Source: Azolla caroliniana (Eukaryota; Plantae; Polypodiophyta). Taken from it: a stretch of DNA of 64,000 bases. Shown one piece after another: positions 10,451 to 23,698 of the stretch; the stretch's first letter is position 1, and every line of letters begins with the position of its first letter. A program made the position numbers and the translations under genes. The notes beneath the pieces were generated by a model. The model worked only from the letters and a program-made list of their open reading frames with translations, had not been told where the DNA came from and did not search any database. The stretch is from NCBI GenBank assembly GCA_043228905.1, contig JBHGNT010000015.1, positions 17,360,001 to 17,424,000 of the forward strand. Direction: 5' to 3'.

Positions 10451-13400
10451 CGCCAGAGTAGGTTCGTGGGGAGGAGATGGGAGGTTGTGGTGGGTTGGAG
10501 CTCTGAGATAGGATGGGGAAGAAGGTGAGGAAAACGAGCGATGGGAGCGCTGATAGCTAGAAGATGGGTTTCTACTTTGTGCAGAAAATCTTCTGTTTCC
10601 TTCTTTTTGTGGCTTAGGGTTCATTGGGCGGTGAGCCATCGTGGTGCCGCGTGTTCTTGAACTAGGAGTTTGTGCATGCCTTTAGTCGTTTTAATAGTCG
10701 CTATCTTCTCTTTTTTTTCTTTTTTCTTTTTTTCTTTTTTCTTTTTTTCTTTTTTCTTTTTTTATTTTTTATTTTTCGTAACGGTTATTTACAACCTATT
10801 TTTTCATTATAGTTCTTTGTCCCGTTCGGCGGTGAATGGGTTAGGTGGCGTAGGGCCCAGGTAAGGTTTGAGCCGAAACCCATTCACTTTTTGCCGTACT
10901 ATTTCTCCAGCTAGAGTTCCTAGTTGGAACGTGCCCTGTTCCGCTCCAATTATCCAGTATGGGCCGGTCCAGCGGAAACGTAACTTCCCTGGCATATGGC
11001 CCATACGCGTTTGAAAAACTAGCACCGCTCGGCCCACGGCGAACTCTTTTTCCCTTGCGTTCCAATGTCGATCCACAAACGCTTTACGCCGTCGTTGTTC
11101 CTGTTCCAACACAGCCATGCTGTGGACGCGTTTTTCCCCTAGTTCGAGGAGTTGGTAGATCCGTTCCTCCTCCGACTTGGCTTCTGATAATCGGTTCCGT
11201 ACCTGAATGCGCAAACTAGGTACCCGAAATTCGACCGGCATCACAACCTCTAGTCCAAACGCTAGCCGGAACGGTGTTGACTGTATGCTTGTTTTGTAAC
11301 TAGTTTTGTACGCCGATAACGCACTCTGGAGTTTGGTATCCCAGTCCGTTCTATTTTCATTGACGGTTTTCTTCAAAATGGTCTGTAATGTTTTGTTCGT
11401 GGATTCTGCTAATCCATTCGCCTGCGGGTAATATGGCGTGCTCTTCTTGTGGACTACTGCGTAATGTTGTGTTAGTTCCTGAACCACCGTATTGAGGAAG
11501 TGGCTCCCCTGGTCACTGATGAGCTCAATCGGACAGCCGAACAGGCACCAGATGTGCTCGTAAAGAAATTTGGTTGTGACGGCCGCCGTATTTTCACGTA
11601 GTGCCTTTGCTTCTACCCATTTGGTGCACTAATCCGTGGCTACCAATATGTATTTATTGCCCGTACGGGCCGCTGCTGGTGTTAAGGGCCCTATAAAATC
11701 CAATCCCCATTTTTGGAAGGGGTCTAGCGGTAATACGGGCTGGTGTGGCATCCTGGCGTCCTACGCGGGCTGACCCATCCGTTGACACAAATCACACTTT
11801 CTACAATACTCGAATGCTTCCTTCTGCGTTGTTAGCCACCATAAGCCCGCCTGCCATACTTTGTGGGCTGTCACATCGCCCGCGTAATGGCCACCGGCCG
11901 TGCCGTAGTGTGCCTCCCGTAAAACTACTTCCTTCTCATCCTGACGGACTCCACGTCGCCAAATGCCGTAACTTCCTTTGTGATATAAAATTCCTTCGAC
12001 GAGGTAGAAGTGACGGCTTCGGACGGCTAGTTGTTTCTTCTCGTCCGTGCATAGTTGTGGTGGAGGCAGTCCTGTAGTTAAAAAGTATGTCATTTCCATA
12101 AGCCATCGGTTCGGAAAGGTGGATTCCGTTTTTTCTGCAAGTGTCGTTACTTGCTAGATGTCGGCATCCGGAAAATCGTCGTCGTCTTTCTGTACTGTTT
12201 CTCCATTCTCAAGTCTGCTCAAAAAGTCCGCTACTACGTCTTGCGTCCCTGGTCGGTGCTGAATTACGAACTCGAATTCTTGTAGCAGCAGCATCCACCG
12301 CGCCAATTTCCCTGTCAGGGCTTGTTTCTCCACCAAATACAATAATGCCGAATGATCCACGTGGAACGTGAATTTCCGTCCTAATAAATAGTGTCGGAAT
12401 TTATTGATGCTATAGATCATCCCTAGCGCCTCCCGCTCTGTTGTGGAATAGTTACGCTCTGCTGCTGACAATTTACGATTTGCATAGTATACTGGCCTGT
12501 ACCAGTTTGGTTCGGTGAGCTGCATTAGCGCGCTTCCTATTGCTATGTCTGAGGCGTCGACGAACACGTGGAATGGCTTTGCCCAAACTGGAGGTTGTAT
12601 GACGGGGGCCTGTGTGAGCATTATCTTAAGTGCCTCATAGGCCTTATCCTCTGTTGCAGTCCATTGGAAAGGAGTCCGATGTACGGCAGCGTGTAGTGGC
12701 GTGGCGAAGTCCGCCAAATACCGTATCATCCAACTATGCCACCGTATTTGTCCCAAAAATCGGCTAAGAGATTTGGCGTTAGTCGGAGTTTTAGCTTGCA
12801 TAATCGCGAAGATCTTGTTTGGGTCGACCGCTATTCCCTCTTTGTTGACTATGTGGCCTAGGAGAGTCTCGTGGGTCACGCCGAAGGCACATTTCGCGGG
12901 ATTCAGGCTTAAGCGTGCGGTGCGGCAACGTTCCAGGCACAGACGTAAGTGCGTAAAATGGTCTTTTGTTTGCCCATATACCGCAAAATCGTCTAGAAAG
13001 ACTTGCATGAACGCCGGAATGTATTCCCCAAAGATCTTCGTAATCGTTCGTTGAAATGTTGTCGGCGCTGTCTTTAGCCCGAACATCATGTCAACCGTCA
13101 CATGTACTCCCCAGTCCGTGACAAACGTCGTCTTCTCCTGGTCCTCGGGGTGCATGCGTACTTGGTTATAGCCATTGAAGCCATCTAAGAAACTGTACAT
13201 CTCATGGCTTGCGACGGCGTCCAGCACGCTATCAGTGAAGGGTAAGGGAAATGCGTCCGTAATGGTTACGGCGTTTAATTTTCGGTAATCTACGCATACC
13301 CATATTTTGCCATTTTTCTTTGGGACAACCACTATCGGGCTTAGCCATGTCGCTTGTTTAACTGGCCGTATGAACCCCGCCCTCAAGAGCTTGTCAATTT

Positions 13401-16190
13401 CTTCTTTCACGCGGGTCGCGTAATTGGGGTTCATGCGGTAGCGGCGCTGCTGGACAGGTTTCACGTCAGTTGCTAAATTGATCTTATGCTGAGAGAACTT
13501 GGGATCTAACCCCTTCATGTCCTCGTGGGCCCAAGTGAACACATCTTTATATTCCGTGAGTAGTGCGATCATTGTGATTCTCTGGTCCGGCCTTAATTCC
13601 TTTGTGATGGAGAGGAACCGGGGCTCCGATTCCGTACCCACATTTACTTCTTCGAGAGCGGAAGCGGTGACTCGTCGTGAAATCTCCATTTCCCTTTCGA
13701 ATGCCGGCCGTGCTCTGCTGAGTTCCAATATGGACTCTGGGTTTGGTTCGTATGGCTCGTCGTGCGGAACAGTGGCCGTAGTATATTCTGTCGTAGTTGC
13801 GATGACATCTATTTCGAACAGCGGAATAATCCGAGGATGTTCGTCGAGGTACGCCTCCAATTCGGCATCCTCCACCCCAGCCAGCATATTTATGTCCTCT
13901 GCGTATAACGGTGTTATACCCTTAGGTTGTGGCGTGTTGCCTTCCGTAGGTACGTGAACCTTGGTGCGTCCATGCCAGAAACTGATACACTCGTGTTGCC
14001 AACTCTGCTTGATATTTGTTGTCCAAAGCCATGGTCTGCCGAGAAGCACTAGGTATGCTCCTAGGGCGTCCAAAGCGAGGACGACCGTCGATATGTCGAA
14101 GCGGTGTCCGCCCACGATGATGCCTATTTTGCGAACTAACCCCAACGGTCGCACTGAGCGGGTATCTGTCATGCGGAGCCAGAATGGACACGCCTCCCAT
14201 TTGGAAATGCCTAACTGTTCGCAATTTTTCGCGCTAATTACATTGACGCTTGAGCCGTCGTCGATTACGCATCCAGGAACTTCCTGTCCGTGCAATATTA
14301 CTGTAATAGCCGGGTTGTGTTGATCCACCACCGGTGGTCCATCGCTGACGTCTGTCAGGTTTGTGGCAACGCTCGCCCCGGGTATGCCCGCCACCTGTGC
14401 TTCCATGGTCTAGCGGAAACGTGGAACTAGCTATAGTAGTTTTTCCATGGTTAACGTGATTTCACAGCCTACTAACACCTGCCAAATGGGGTTCAGCCCC
14501 AGTCTTTCGTTCTCTGTGTGCTCCATTGTGTTCGCGGACTACTGCCGCATACGTTCCGTATTGGTCACGTTTGCTTTTTCCACCCAGGCTTGGGCTTGTC
14601 GTCGTACCTCGTCCTGCGCAGCCCAATCCGCCGTTTTTGTTTGCTGACGTGTCATGACTTGTTGTACCTCCGCCGTAATCGTATTGACGGCGGGCCCCTT
14701 TCCCTTGCATGCCGGGCATTGCGTGGCATAATTTATGGGTTGCTGACAAATAAAACAATGGATGCTTGATTCTCCCTTCTCGGGCCCAGGTGGTGTGTGC
14801 CGATCTCCGGGTGCTACTTGCTCTTCGTGGTCCGGCCTCGTTTGTCGGAACGTACACGGTGGCTGATGTTGGTCCCGTCGTTGTTCCTGGTGCCGCTCAT
14901 CCCCCGAGCTTTCGTCGTAACGCCGGTGATCCCTATATTGCCGAGGCTTACCCCGATAGCCATTGAAGCCGCCCCGTTTGTTTGTCGGGCGTTGATGTTC
15001 GTAGCGCCGACCCCCTTTGGTGTAACTCAGATGTCCACGATAATCCTCGTCCTCTAGGTCGTCCTCCTCGAACTCATTGTGATTCCAGCGATTCCGGTTG
15101 TACCAGTCCTCCCGCGGGTTGCGATCCTTATACCGGGGTCGGTCTTCTTGCCTCCTTTGTTCAGCCCGGTGCGGTTGACGTTGTGTGTCCATGTTGCGGA
15201 CCGCGGGAGTGGCTCTGTTTAACATATTGTACTCGCATTGGTCGACTGTGTGAACCTTCGAGTGGCAGATTGGGCAGTGGATTCGCATATTGCTCTCCAC
15301 CACGGAATGCCCTGAGTTCAAGCAAATCGTGCACTGAATTGCTTGACGAAATTGGCGTTCCTCATCTTGAAGGATGACATCGAAAACCTTTCCTCCTCGT
15401 CATCCAACTCGAGTTGTAATGCTCGTTCAATTACCATATCCGTCGTTTCCCCTTTCACGCTATTGTTGTTGAGTGTTGCCCGGATGGGCCGGCGTAAAGC
15501 TGCTAGAAATGTCTCCCGAGCCTCCTCCTCCACGGGGCTTCATTCCAGTTTCTGTCGTAAATTTTGGAAACATAAGTTGAAGTTCGCTATCGTCTCGGTC
15601 GGTAGTTGCTTAATTGTATAAAACTGCCCGAGAATCTCGCGTTGTGGAACCCTCCGATGGAAGAATCGCAAGAAAGCGGACTGCAGCTAATCGAAGGTTG
15701 TTATAGCTGGTAAGTCCATCTGTGAATGCCAGAACGCCGCACACCCATCTAATGTTAATCCGAACTCCGTCATTTTCGACTGGTGTGCCACCGTCTCGGA
15801 GAGATTCTGCGCCATGTGGTTCGCATTCCAGACATTCAAGAACATGCGAATATGAGTTGCGGCGTCGGTTTCACTGTTAAAGCGGGGGTACGAACAGGCC
15901 ATAGTGGGAGCTACGGCGGATCGGGAAAGGTCACAGGGTGGTTGTCGTGTGCGTGGTCCCTGCATCTCGTCAAGGTATTTGGGGAGCGAAGAATTCCCTT
16001 TGCACTCACGGCAGGTAGTACTAAGGTCGTTGATGCACGGCTTCTGCCGTGCATGTCCTTCTGCCTAGCGTGTGACGGACCTTGTTATTGGCCGGTCTTG
16101 TCGTGTTGGTTCTCTGGGTCGTCTGCGGCTAAACATCCATTCATTGTTGCTCGTCTGTGAGGAAACACAGATCACCAAGCGTGCCAAAAG

Positions 16191-16840
16191 TGTTGTCGTT
16201 TAGGAACACGGTCTGTGGTCAGTCCTTCGACCTAGACCTCAAGGTGGGTGTGGAACAACGAACAGGGGTTTACGCGTAATGCGTAAGGGGAGAACTCATG
16301 TAACCTTTCTGCGTATAAGGGAAGACGGCTACAACCGAATCCCTATCAAAGGTTACACTTACGTACTACCACGCTTAAGTATCTGAGACACCGACACTGA
16401 ATTAGCCGCAGCTATACACAGAAAATCCGAGAAGATAGAATTCTATTATCAAGCGTTCTTTACATTCCCAAAATTACACACACCCCCATAAGAGGTTTTC
16501 TGCCCTTTATATATGCAGGGTCTATTTAGCCGTTCACGCTTCCTGCGTGAACCGTTCCATGTGTTATGCTCTTATATAGTTTCTTATTCCTACGCTTTTG
16601 TCCGCCGGTTACTATTCCGGTGGACAATAGTGGGTCAACTTTTGTAGCGAGCGCACCAGCACCAGGTACGACTCGACGCCACGGCGGTGGTATGGGACGC
16701 CGATCAAGGTTCAAGTTCGTCTTGATCCCTTTGCTTGGGGGTGGTCAGGTGGATCAGCACCCTTCTTTCTCAGATCTCTCCTTTCTATCTATCTATCTTT
16801 TATCCTTATCATCTGCTTACTTTATATCATAACTCTAACA
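16191..16840 (-). repeat. Probable 5' LTR of element B
   Basis: Adjacent to the PBS; TGTT/AACA termini; TATATAAA at about 16506-16513 (minus); abuts the interrupted LTR of element D; partner LTR is outside the window. Confidence 0.65.
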
Positions 16841-17005
16841 GTTATAATCTCTCTCTCTCTCTCCCGAGAGTTCTACACCCCTCTTAGTACTAATCCTCAT
16901 CTTTTAGTACTAATTCCCTCTCTGTCTTAGTCCTATTCCTAACTATTTGAACCGATTTCCCTCCTTCCTTCTATCTTCTTACTTATCCCTCCTTTCTCTA
17001 ATACT

Positions 17006-18013
17006 ATGGCAATTGTTAGCGGTCAAGAATATCAATCTGTTTTCTCAGAGTTACAATGCTTGAAAGAGAAGTTTCTCGCATTGGAACAAGAAAATCAACG
17101 GTTGTTGGGGGATCTTCAACAAATCTCCTTAGAAAAGTTGCAAACGCAACAACAACATGAGGAACTAGCATTATGCGTGCAACAACTTGAAGCAACCATT
17201 GTAGCGTTGCAACAACAAGGACCAAGTACGCAAGGGATTCATAAAGAACCCAAGATCGGCCTTCCTATGAAATTCGATGGAACGCAATCACAATTCAGAG
17301 GCTTCCTTAATCAAGTACAATTAGTCATTCAAATGCATCCTTCTCGATATCCCACCAATGCATCACGAGTGGGTCTAGTAGGCACGTTGCGAAGCGACTC
17401 AGCTTTGGCATGGTTCGCTCTGTTGTTAGAAAAGGAATCTCCATTACTAAATAATTTTGAGGAGTTTATAAGCAAGTTTAAAGCTTGTTTTGGAGATACT
17501 GATAGCATAAGGACGGAAATCAACAAAATCCAACGATTACGTCAAGGTGATCGTCCAACCTCCGCATACGCTGTAGATTTCCGTCTACTCGCCTCCGATA
17601 TCTCCTGGGATGATCAAGCATTAATGGAACAATTTCAATACGATCTACGAAATGATGTGAAAGACTTACTCCTAACTTTCCCTGAAGAACCAAAATTGCT
17701 CACAGAGGCAATCAGTCGGGCGGTAAGATGCGAGAACCGGCTTTTCGAGCAACGTTTGGAACACCAATTACAAATGCCAAGGACCAGGTCGGAGCCCACA
17801 TACGCATCGGTCGCAGCAAAACCATTTGCAAGGGAGTCATACAATGCATCTCCGGAAAATACTCCAACACCGATGGATATCGACACCACACGTCGTCGTG
17901 GTCCATTATCGGAAGAAGAAAAGCAACGACGCCGAGCAAATCGATTATGTCTCTATTGCAAAGTGCACGGGCATATCACAGTAAATTGTCCACATTGCCA
18001 AGAAGATAGGTAA
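17006..18013 (+). CDS. Gag of chromovirus D (C-terminus frameshifted)
   Basis: Coiled-coil N-terminus, PEG10/Tcn1-like capsid (KFDGT..FRGFLNQ, QGDRP..AY..DF), zinc knuckle. Confidence 0.85.
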   Translation: MAIVSGQEYQSVFSELQCLKEKFLALEQENQRLLGDLQQISLEKLQTQQQHEELALCVQQLEATIVALQQQGPSTQGIHKEPKIGLPMKFDGTQSQFRGFLNQVQLVIQMHPSRYPTNASRVGLVGTLRSDSALAWFALLLEKESPLLNNFEEFISKFKACFGDTDSIRTEINKIQRLRQGDRPTSAYAVDFRLLASDISWDDQALMEQFQYDLRNDVKDLLLTFPEEPKLLTEAISRAVRCENRLFEQRLEHQLQMPRTRSEPTYASVAAKPFARESYNASPENTPTPMDIDTTRRRGPLSEEEKQRRRANRLCLYCKVHGHITVNCPHCQEDR

Positions 18014-19168
18014 AGCAAGTAGTAGCTTGTACTAAACTCGAGTCTATTTCATTAGAAATTTCTAATAGTTCTAATAGTACTAATTGCCCAAATCTATCGA
18101 ACAAATTTGAAGTCCTTAGCAATTACAAGAAGAGTTAAACAACTAAGTCCAGCCAAAATAGGAGTCGTTTGGTTGGACAACCCTAGATCTGTGCAGCCCA
18201 TTAGTGGTTCCATTCCCTCTAAGCAAGTTAGCAATGTGTTCTTAGCAAGTAATGGTTAGTATTAAAAGTACTCCTCCAGTACATGTCTTAGCACTCTTAG
18301 AGTCCGGAGCCAACTCTTGCTTCATGGATAGGAATTTTGCCCGAGCTCATTAGATATCCCTAAGAAAACTTTCTTTCCCAACATCTATAGTAGTTATTGA
18401 TGGTTGTCCCATTGCTTCCGAAAATATCGTAGAAGAGTTAGAGCTGATTCAGGTTATCCTAGATAATTTGGTGTGTGTAGTATCATTTAATATAATTAGT
18501 AGTGCATATCATCCAATTGTCTTGGGGTTACCATGGTTCGAATTACAAAACCTAGACATAGATTGGAGAATAAGAGAAATCCGGTATCAACAAACCCAAG
18601 GACCTACTCATAGGATTGCAACCATTTCGTTACACCAATTACGTGAGGAAGGATGCAAGGAAGCAATGTTTGTCTTCGTAGTATCAATAAAACCTTCCAA
18701 CACCACTAAAGAGGAATCCACAGTTCAACTTCCAAAGAAGTATCGTCATTATGCCGATGTGTTCGATATGGTACAAGCCAGTATGCTTCCTCACCACCGA
18801 CCGTATGATTGTCCCATTTATTTACAACCGGGAAAAGAGGCAGCACAGAGACCGATCTAAAACTTGTCACCAACCGAGTTGGAAGTCCTTCAAGCCTACA
18901 TAGAGGAGAATTTGGCAAACGGTTTCATTCGACATTCGAAATCTCTAGCTAGAGCACCCATTTTCTTTGTCAAGAAAAAGGATGGATCATTTCGTCTCAT
19001 CGTAGATTACCATGGCTTGAATAAGGTCACTATTAGGAATAGGTATGCACTTCCCCTTATCTCGAGTCTTTTAGAATGGATCAATGCTGCAAAGTTCTTT
19101 ACAAAGATCGATTTACGAGGAGCATATAACCTCTTACGGATCCGACCAGGAGATGAATGGAAGACCAC

Positions 19169-20709
19169 TATCGCGGAAATCCGCGGGTACTAGTCTAAAA
19201 GGGGCGGGATCACATGGGTCTCAAACAAGGAAGAGATGGATGCCAGGAGACCGACTCTCTCTGGTCCTGACTATGGCGCAAACCGGAGAGATTTTGGATG
19301 CGTACTAGAGGCTACCGAACACGAGCGAGGGAGAGAGAGAGCATATTGGATGCGAGGGAGAGAGAGAGCAAGGGAGCGATTTTGGATGCGTGCAACACCG
19401 ACTCAACACACGCTACTTATGTACAGAAACGGAAAGAAGAAACTCCGAAGACACCGACATAGACATAGACGCACGGAACTTCACTTATGTATCTTTACAA
19501 GAGTGAGATACAAGGTAGATTAGGTTACAACAACGGTCTACTACCAAGCCGCCGATCGGGGAGCTCTCGGGCTCGTTGCGTTGTCGCGTTGTTACACGCG
19601 TGCGTGGGGAACGAGGCGGGACCACCGGGGTCTTGGACCGAGAAATAGTTGAGAAGGAGGAGAGCGGAAAGGCAATGGACGCACTTGCACACGCACAGAC
19701 ACGGGGCACACAGGAATCACAGTCCAACAACACAGCAAACGAGACGACTAGAAGTCCGAGTATATGAACACGTATGTATATAAATATATATATATATATC
19801 GAGACGGTTACAACTAGCAGGCCGGCAAGGCGAACACCAACGCCTGTTCACTCACACACACAAGAGCGAGATGGAGGCTCTGCCGGAAGCACACAGGCGT
19901 TCCGCGGAGCAGAGTCAGTCTCCCGAAAACCTGCGCAAAATGGCTATGGAGAGTGGCAGAGGAGAAGGGCTCGGTCCCAGTCCGGCAGCACTTTCTCCTC
20001 TCTAACGCGTGATACCCTTTCCATTCCTCTCCCTCTCTTTTATAGCCCAAGGAAGGAGGTCGTTATCATCCGTTACATCATATTAATTCTCTGTCCTTTC
20101 GGACAGGGATACCCCCCTCGATTCTCTCCCTATTGCATGTGTGTTACCTAGGACTTCACCTCAGCCGACTTGTACCTACCTACTTACTATACAACGAAAA
20201 GTGTGCTCGCGTGTAAGGGCCGGTTTACACACGCTAAACTCGGTTTCCGCCTAGGGACGGTTTTCTTCACGACAGCGTTGAGCGGGGTCTTGCACAGGAG
20301 ATAGAGTGGAAGCGAAACCCCTTTGGACATACAAGCTCTTAACCGGACTAAACCCTAAATAGACACGAAGACTCAACCCACATGATGACGAAGAAGAAGA
20401 AGACCTAGATGAAACCCTAAAGAAAATTAGTAAGGAAGAAAGTAACTAATAAGAGAAAAGCTACCATACCTTCGACCTAAGTGGTATACCCTCCTAACTC
20501 AAAATGGGCAACCCTTTTACAAGGAACCCTCCCTTCCTTTTATAGCACAAGGAGGAAGAGGCGTTACAATGTGGGATAAATATCCCCCCAATTTATTCAA
20601 CATACATCTCCTAATGTACATCTATTACAAGAGGGAGTGCACATGGTGCACCCCGTCAATATCACCAACTATTTTGGTTTTCACACTGTGACTGTGAATC
20701 CTCACGACA
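19169..20709 (-). mobile_element. Solo LTR (about 844 bp net) inserted in the RT of element D and carrying a second solo LTR
   Basis: RT codons KT|AF split; ends TATCGCG..CACGACA; 4-bp TSD CCAC/CCGC; TATAAAA on the minus strand near 20537-20543. Confidence 0.8.
19582..20274 (-). mobile_element. Solo LTR (693 bp) nested in the previous solo LTR
   Basis: TGTCGCG..CACGACA ends, 4-bp TSD GCGT (19578-19581, 20275-20278), TATAAAA on the minus strand near 20037-20043. Confidence 0.82.
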
Positions 20710-23246
20710 CCGCATTTCACATCAAATATGGGAACTTCGAGTATACAATTAGCCATTCGATCTCACTAATGCGCCAGTAGTCTTCCAGCACATGGCAAAT
20801 GATATATTCCGCGATCTCTTGGATATTTGTTTGATCATCTATTTGGATGATCTACCGATTCATTCGAAGACTCAAGAAGAACATGATTCTCATGTACTAT
20901 TAGTACTAAAATGACTTCAAGAACATAATCTGTATGCAAAACTAGAAAAATGTTGTTTCGAGTGTAACCATGTGGAATTTCTAAGCTATGTCATTTCCTC
21001 GGAAGGGATCTCTATGGATCCAGCTAAGGTCAAAACGGTGGTAGAATGGCAGACTCCACGTTCGTTGCGAGATGTGCAATGCTTTATAGGCTTCGCCAAT
21101 TTCTACCGCAAGTTTATACAAGATTACTCACACAGCTTACCAAGAAGGGGTAGTCATTTGTTTGGTCTAAAGAAGCAGACACGACTTTTGTGAGTCTTAA
21201 GAAAGCATTTACATCAGCTCCTATTCTTGCTCATGTTGATCCAGAAAAACCATTCCATCATTGAGGCAGACGCGTCGAATTTCGCCCTGGGTAGCATTTT
21301 GCCACAACAAGGCAATGATGAAAAGCTACATCTGATGGCTTTCCACTCACGCAAGTTTGACGCCATTGAAATCAACTATGAAATACATGACAAGGAGCTA
21401 TTAGCAATAGTGGAATCTTTTACACAATGGAGGCATTTTTTAGAGGGATCTTCTCATCAAGTCACCGTATTCAGTGATCAGAAAAATCTTGCCTACTTCC
21501 AGAATGCTCATGTATTAAATCGACATCAAGCTCAGTGGGCCCAATTCCTCACTCGTTTCGACTTCAAAATTACATATCATCCTAGGAAGCAGCCAGGGAA
21601 GGTAGATGCGTTATCACGGCGCTCGTATCTAGCACCGCGCCCGGTGAGCCAGCATTCGATAATCAAAAGCAAGTAATCTTGGGACCGGCACGACTGCAAG
21701 CAACGTGGGTTTTCGATACGCCATTGGATTCCCACATTATCAATACCATACGTGAAGACTTGAAGACAGACACTTTCACTCATTCTAGCACAAATTGATC
21801 CCTCTCGTGCATCTTGTTCACAGTTGCAACAACCAGGTACGGACTATCGACAATTCGAATGTCATGATGGATTATTATTCTTCAAGAAACTCTTGTCTAT
21901 TCCAAATGGTTCTTGTCGCCTTCGAGTAGTCCAAATTTTTCATGACACATATATAGCCGGGCATTTCGGTAGTACTAAAACGTTGGATTTAGTACAACGA
22001 TCATTCTGGTGGCCTCATATGCGACGATTTGTCGAAGACTATGTTTGGACATGTGATACATGTTGCAAAGCAAAGACGCCAAGACATCATCCATATGGTT
22101 TATTGGAACCATTACCAATTCCAAGCAAGTTCCAAGCAAGTCGTGGCAATCCATTTCTCTAGATTTCATCACAGATCTTCCAGTTTCAAAGGGATTCGAT
22201 GCGATCTTGACAGTAGTCGATCGATATACGAAGATGGCACATTTTTTTCCTTGTACTAAGGAAATCACTAGTGAAGAAACCATCGAAACTGTCATGCGTG
22301 AGGTATGTCGGCATCATGGCCTCCCCGATAGTATCATCAGCGACCATGAACCCCAATGTCTCGAAATTCTGGAAGCATCTCTTCAAAATGCTCAAGGTCA
22401 CTTATAACCTCTCCTCCGGCTACCACCCGCAAACAGATGGACAAGCAGAACGAACAAATCAAATGCTGGAACAATATCTTCGGTGTTTTCTAAGCTATCA
22501 ACAAGATGACTTGGCGGATATTCTCCACTTTGCCGAATTTGCGTATAATAACTTTGTCCACTCATCGACTAGGGTTACACCATTTTATGCTTATACATGC
22601 TATCATCCTCGGTGATGTGTATTCGAAACTCTAGAGTTACCCACAAATCCTTGTGCAGAGGATCGTTTAGAACGGCTACACAAGATACAAGCAGACTTAT
22701 CTACTCATTTACAACAAGCTCAACAAACACATAAGGATTATGCGGATCGTCATCCGCTTCCATTCAGTTTTAACATTGGAGATCGTGTATGGCTATTACG
22801 ACGACACATCAAGACTACTCGCCCATGCGATAAATTGGACTATTGACGATTAGGTCCTTTTCGTATTATCGGAAAAATTAATGATGTCGCTTTTCGTCTC
22901 GATCTACCTCCACAACTATGGATACATCTAGTTTTTCATAGTTCTCTTCTCGAACAGTATCAAACACTATTCTGAATCGTATTTCACCACCTCCACCCTC
23001 GATCGAGCTTGAAGCAAGACCAGTACGAAGTAGCTGCCATCCTCAATTCCAAGATTGTTCACAACAAGCTCTACTATTTGGTTGATTGGCTAGGCTATGG
23101 GCCAAGCGAGCATACTTGGGAACCAGTCGAGAATGTGGTAAATGCTCGAGCTCTTGTTGAGAACTTTCATCAGCAATATCCCGACAAGCCAGGTCCTCCA
23201 TCTAAGACGCGTCGTCGTCTTGGGGAGGGGGGGGGGGGGGAGGTAG

Positions 23247-23550
23247 TGTCATGATATAGCATGGTATGGCTTCAGAAGGATTTGAACCCATGACCTTGTG
23301 TCACATGGGTTGAAGCCTTACCATTAAGCTATACATTGTAATACAAAAAAATTTATTTCCATTTATTATTTCACATAGGAAATCCATGTATATTCTAGAT
23401 TTCTCTGGAACATTCTAGAAATGTTAAGAGTATTCCTAAGCCACTTTAAAAAGAGGCACACGGCATTATTGAGAGCCAAATTGTTCAACGCCAATCTTAA
23501 GCCTCTGAGCTATTCTTGTATATTCTCTTCATATAATATATATCTTTTGT

Positions 23551-23613
<63 letters not shown>

Positions 23614-23698
23614 TCTCCTGAGAGTTCTACACCCCTCTTAGTACTAATCCTCATCTTTTAGTACTAATTCCCTCTCTGTCTTAGTACTATTGCTGACA
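23247..23698 (+). repeat. 3' LTR of chromovirus D
   Basis: TGTCA..TGACA, follows the G-rich PPT, 3' part matches 16841-16944. Confidence 0.92.

Larger units (their letters stand above)
8547..16840 (-). mobile_element. Ty3/gypsy non-chromovirus (Athila-like) element B, degenerate, with an extra 3' ORF
   Basis: Gag fragments 14460-15965 with CCHC knuckles, PR-RT-RH 12154-14406 (FLDD, DAS), integrase 10807-12099, no additional RNase H; PBS TGGCACGC near 16179-16186 (tRNA-Arg type); probable 5' LTR 16191-16840 (TGTT..AACA). Confidence 0.88.
16841..23698 (+). mobile_element. Ty3/gypsy chromovirus (Tcn1-like) element D, degenerate
   Basis: Partial 5' LTR 16841-16944, gag 17006-18013, PR, RT, RH and INT fragments, chromodomain 23009-23254 (YEVAAIL..YLVDWLGYGPSEHTWEP), poly-G PPT, 3' LTR 23247-23698. 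Confidence 0.93.

Noticed and set aside
16688-16730. B-box-like GGTTCAAGTTC in a hairpin within the LTR of element B
   Set aside because: No convincing A box at tRNA spacing, so not counted as another module
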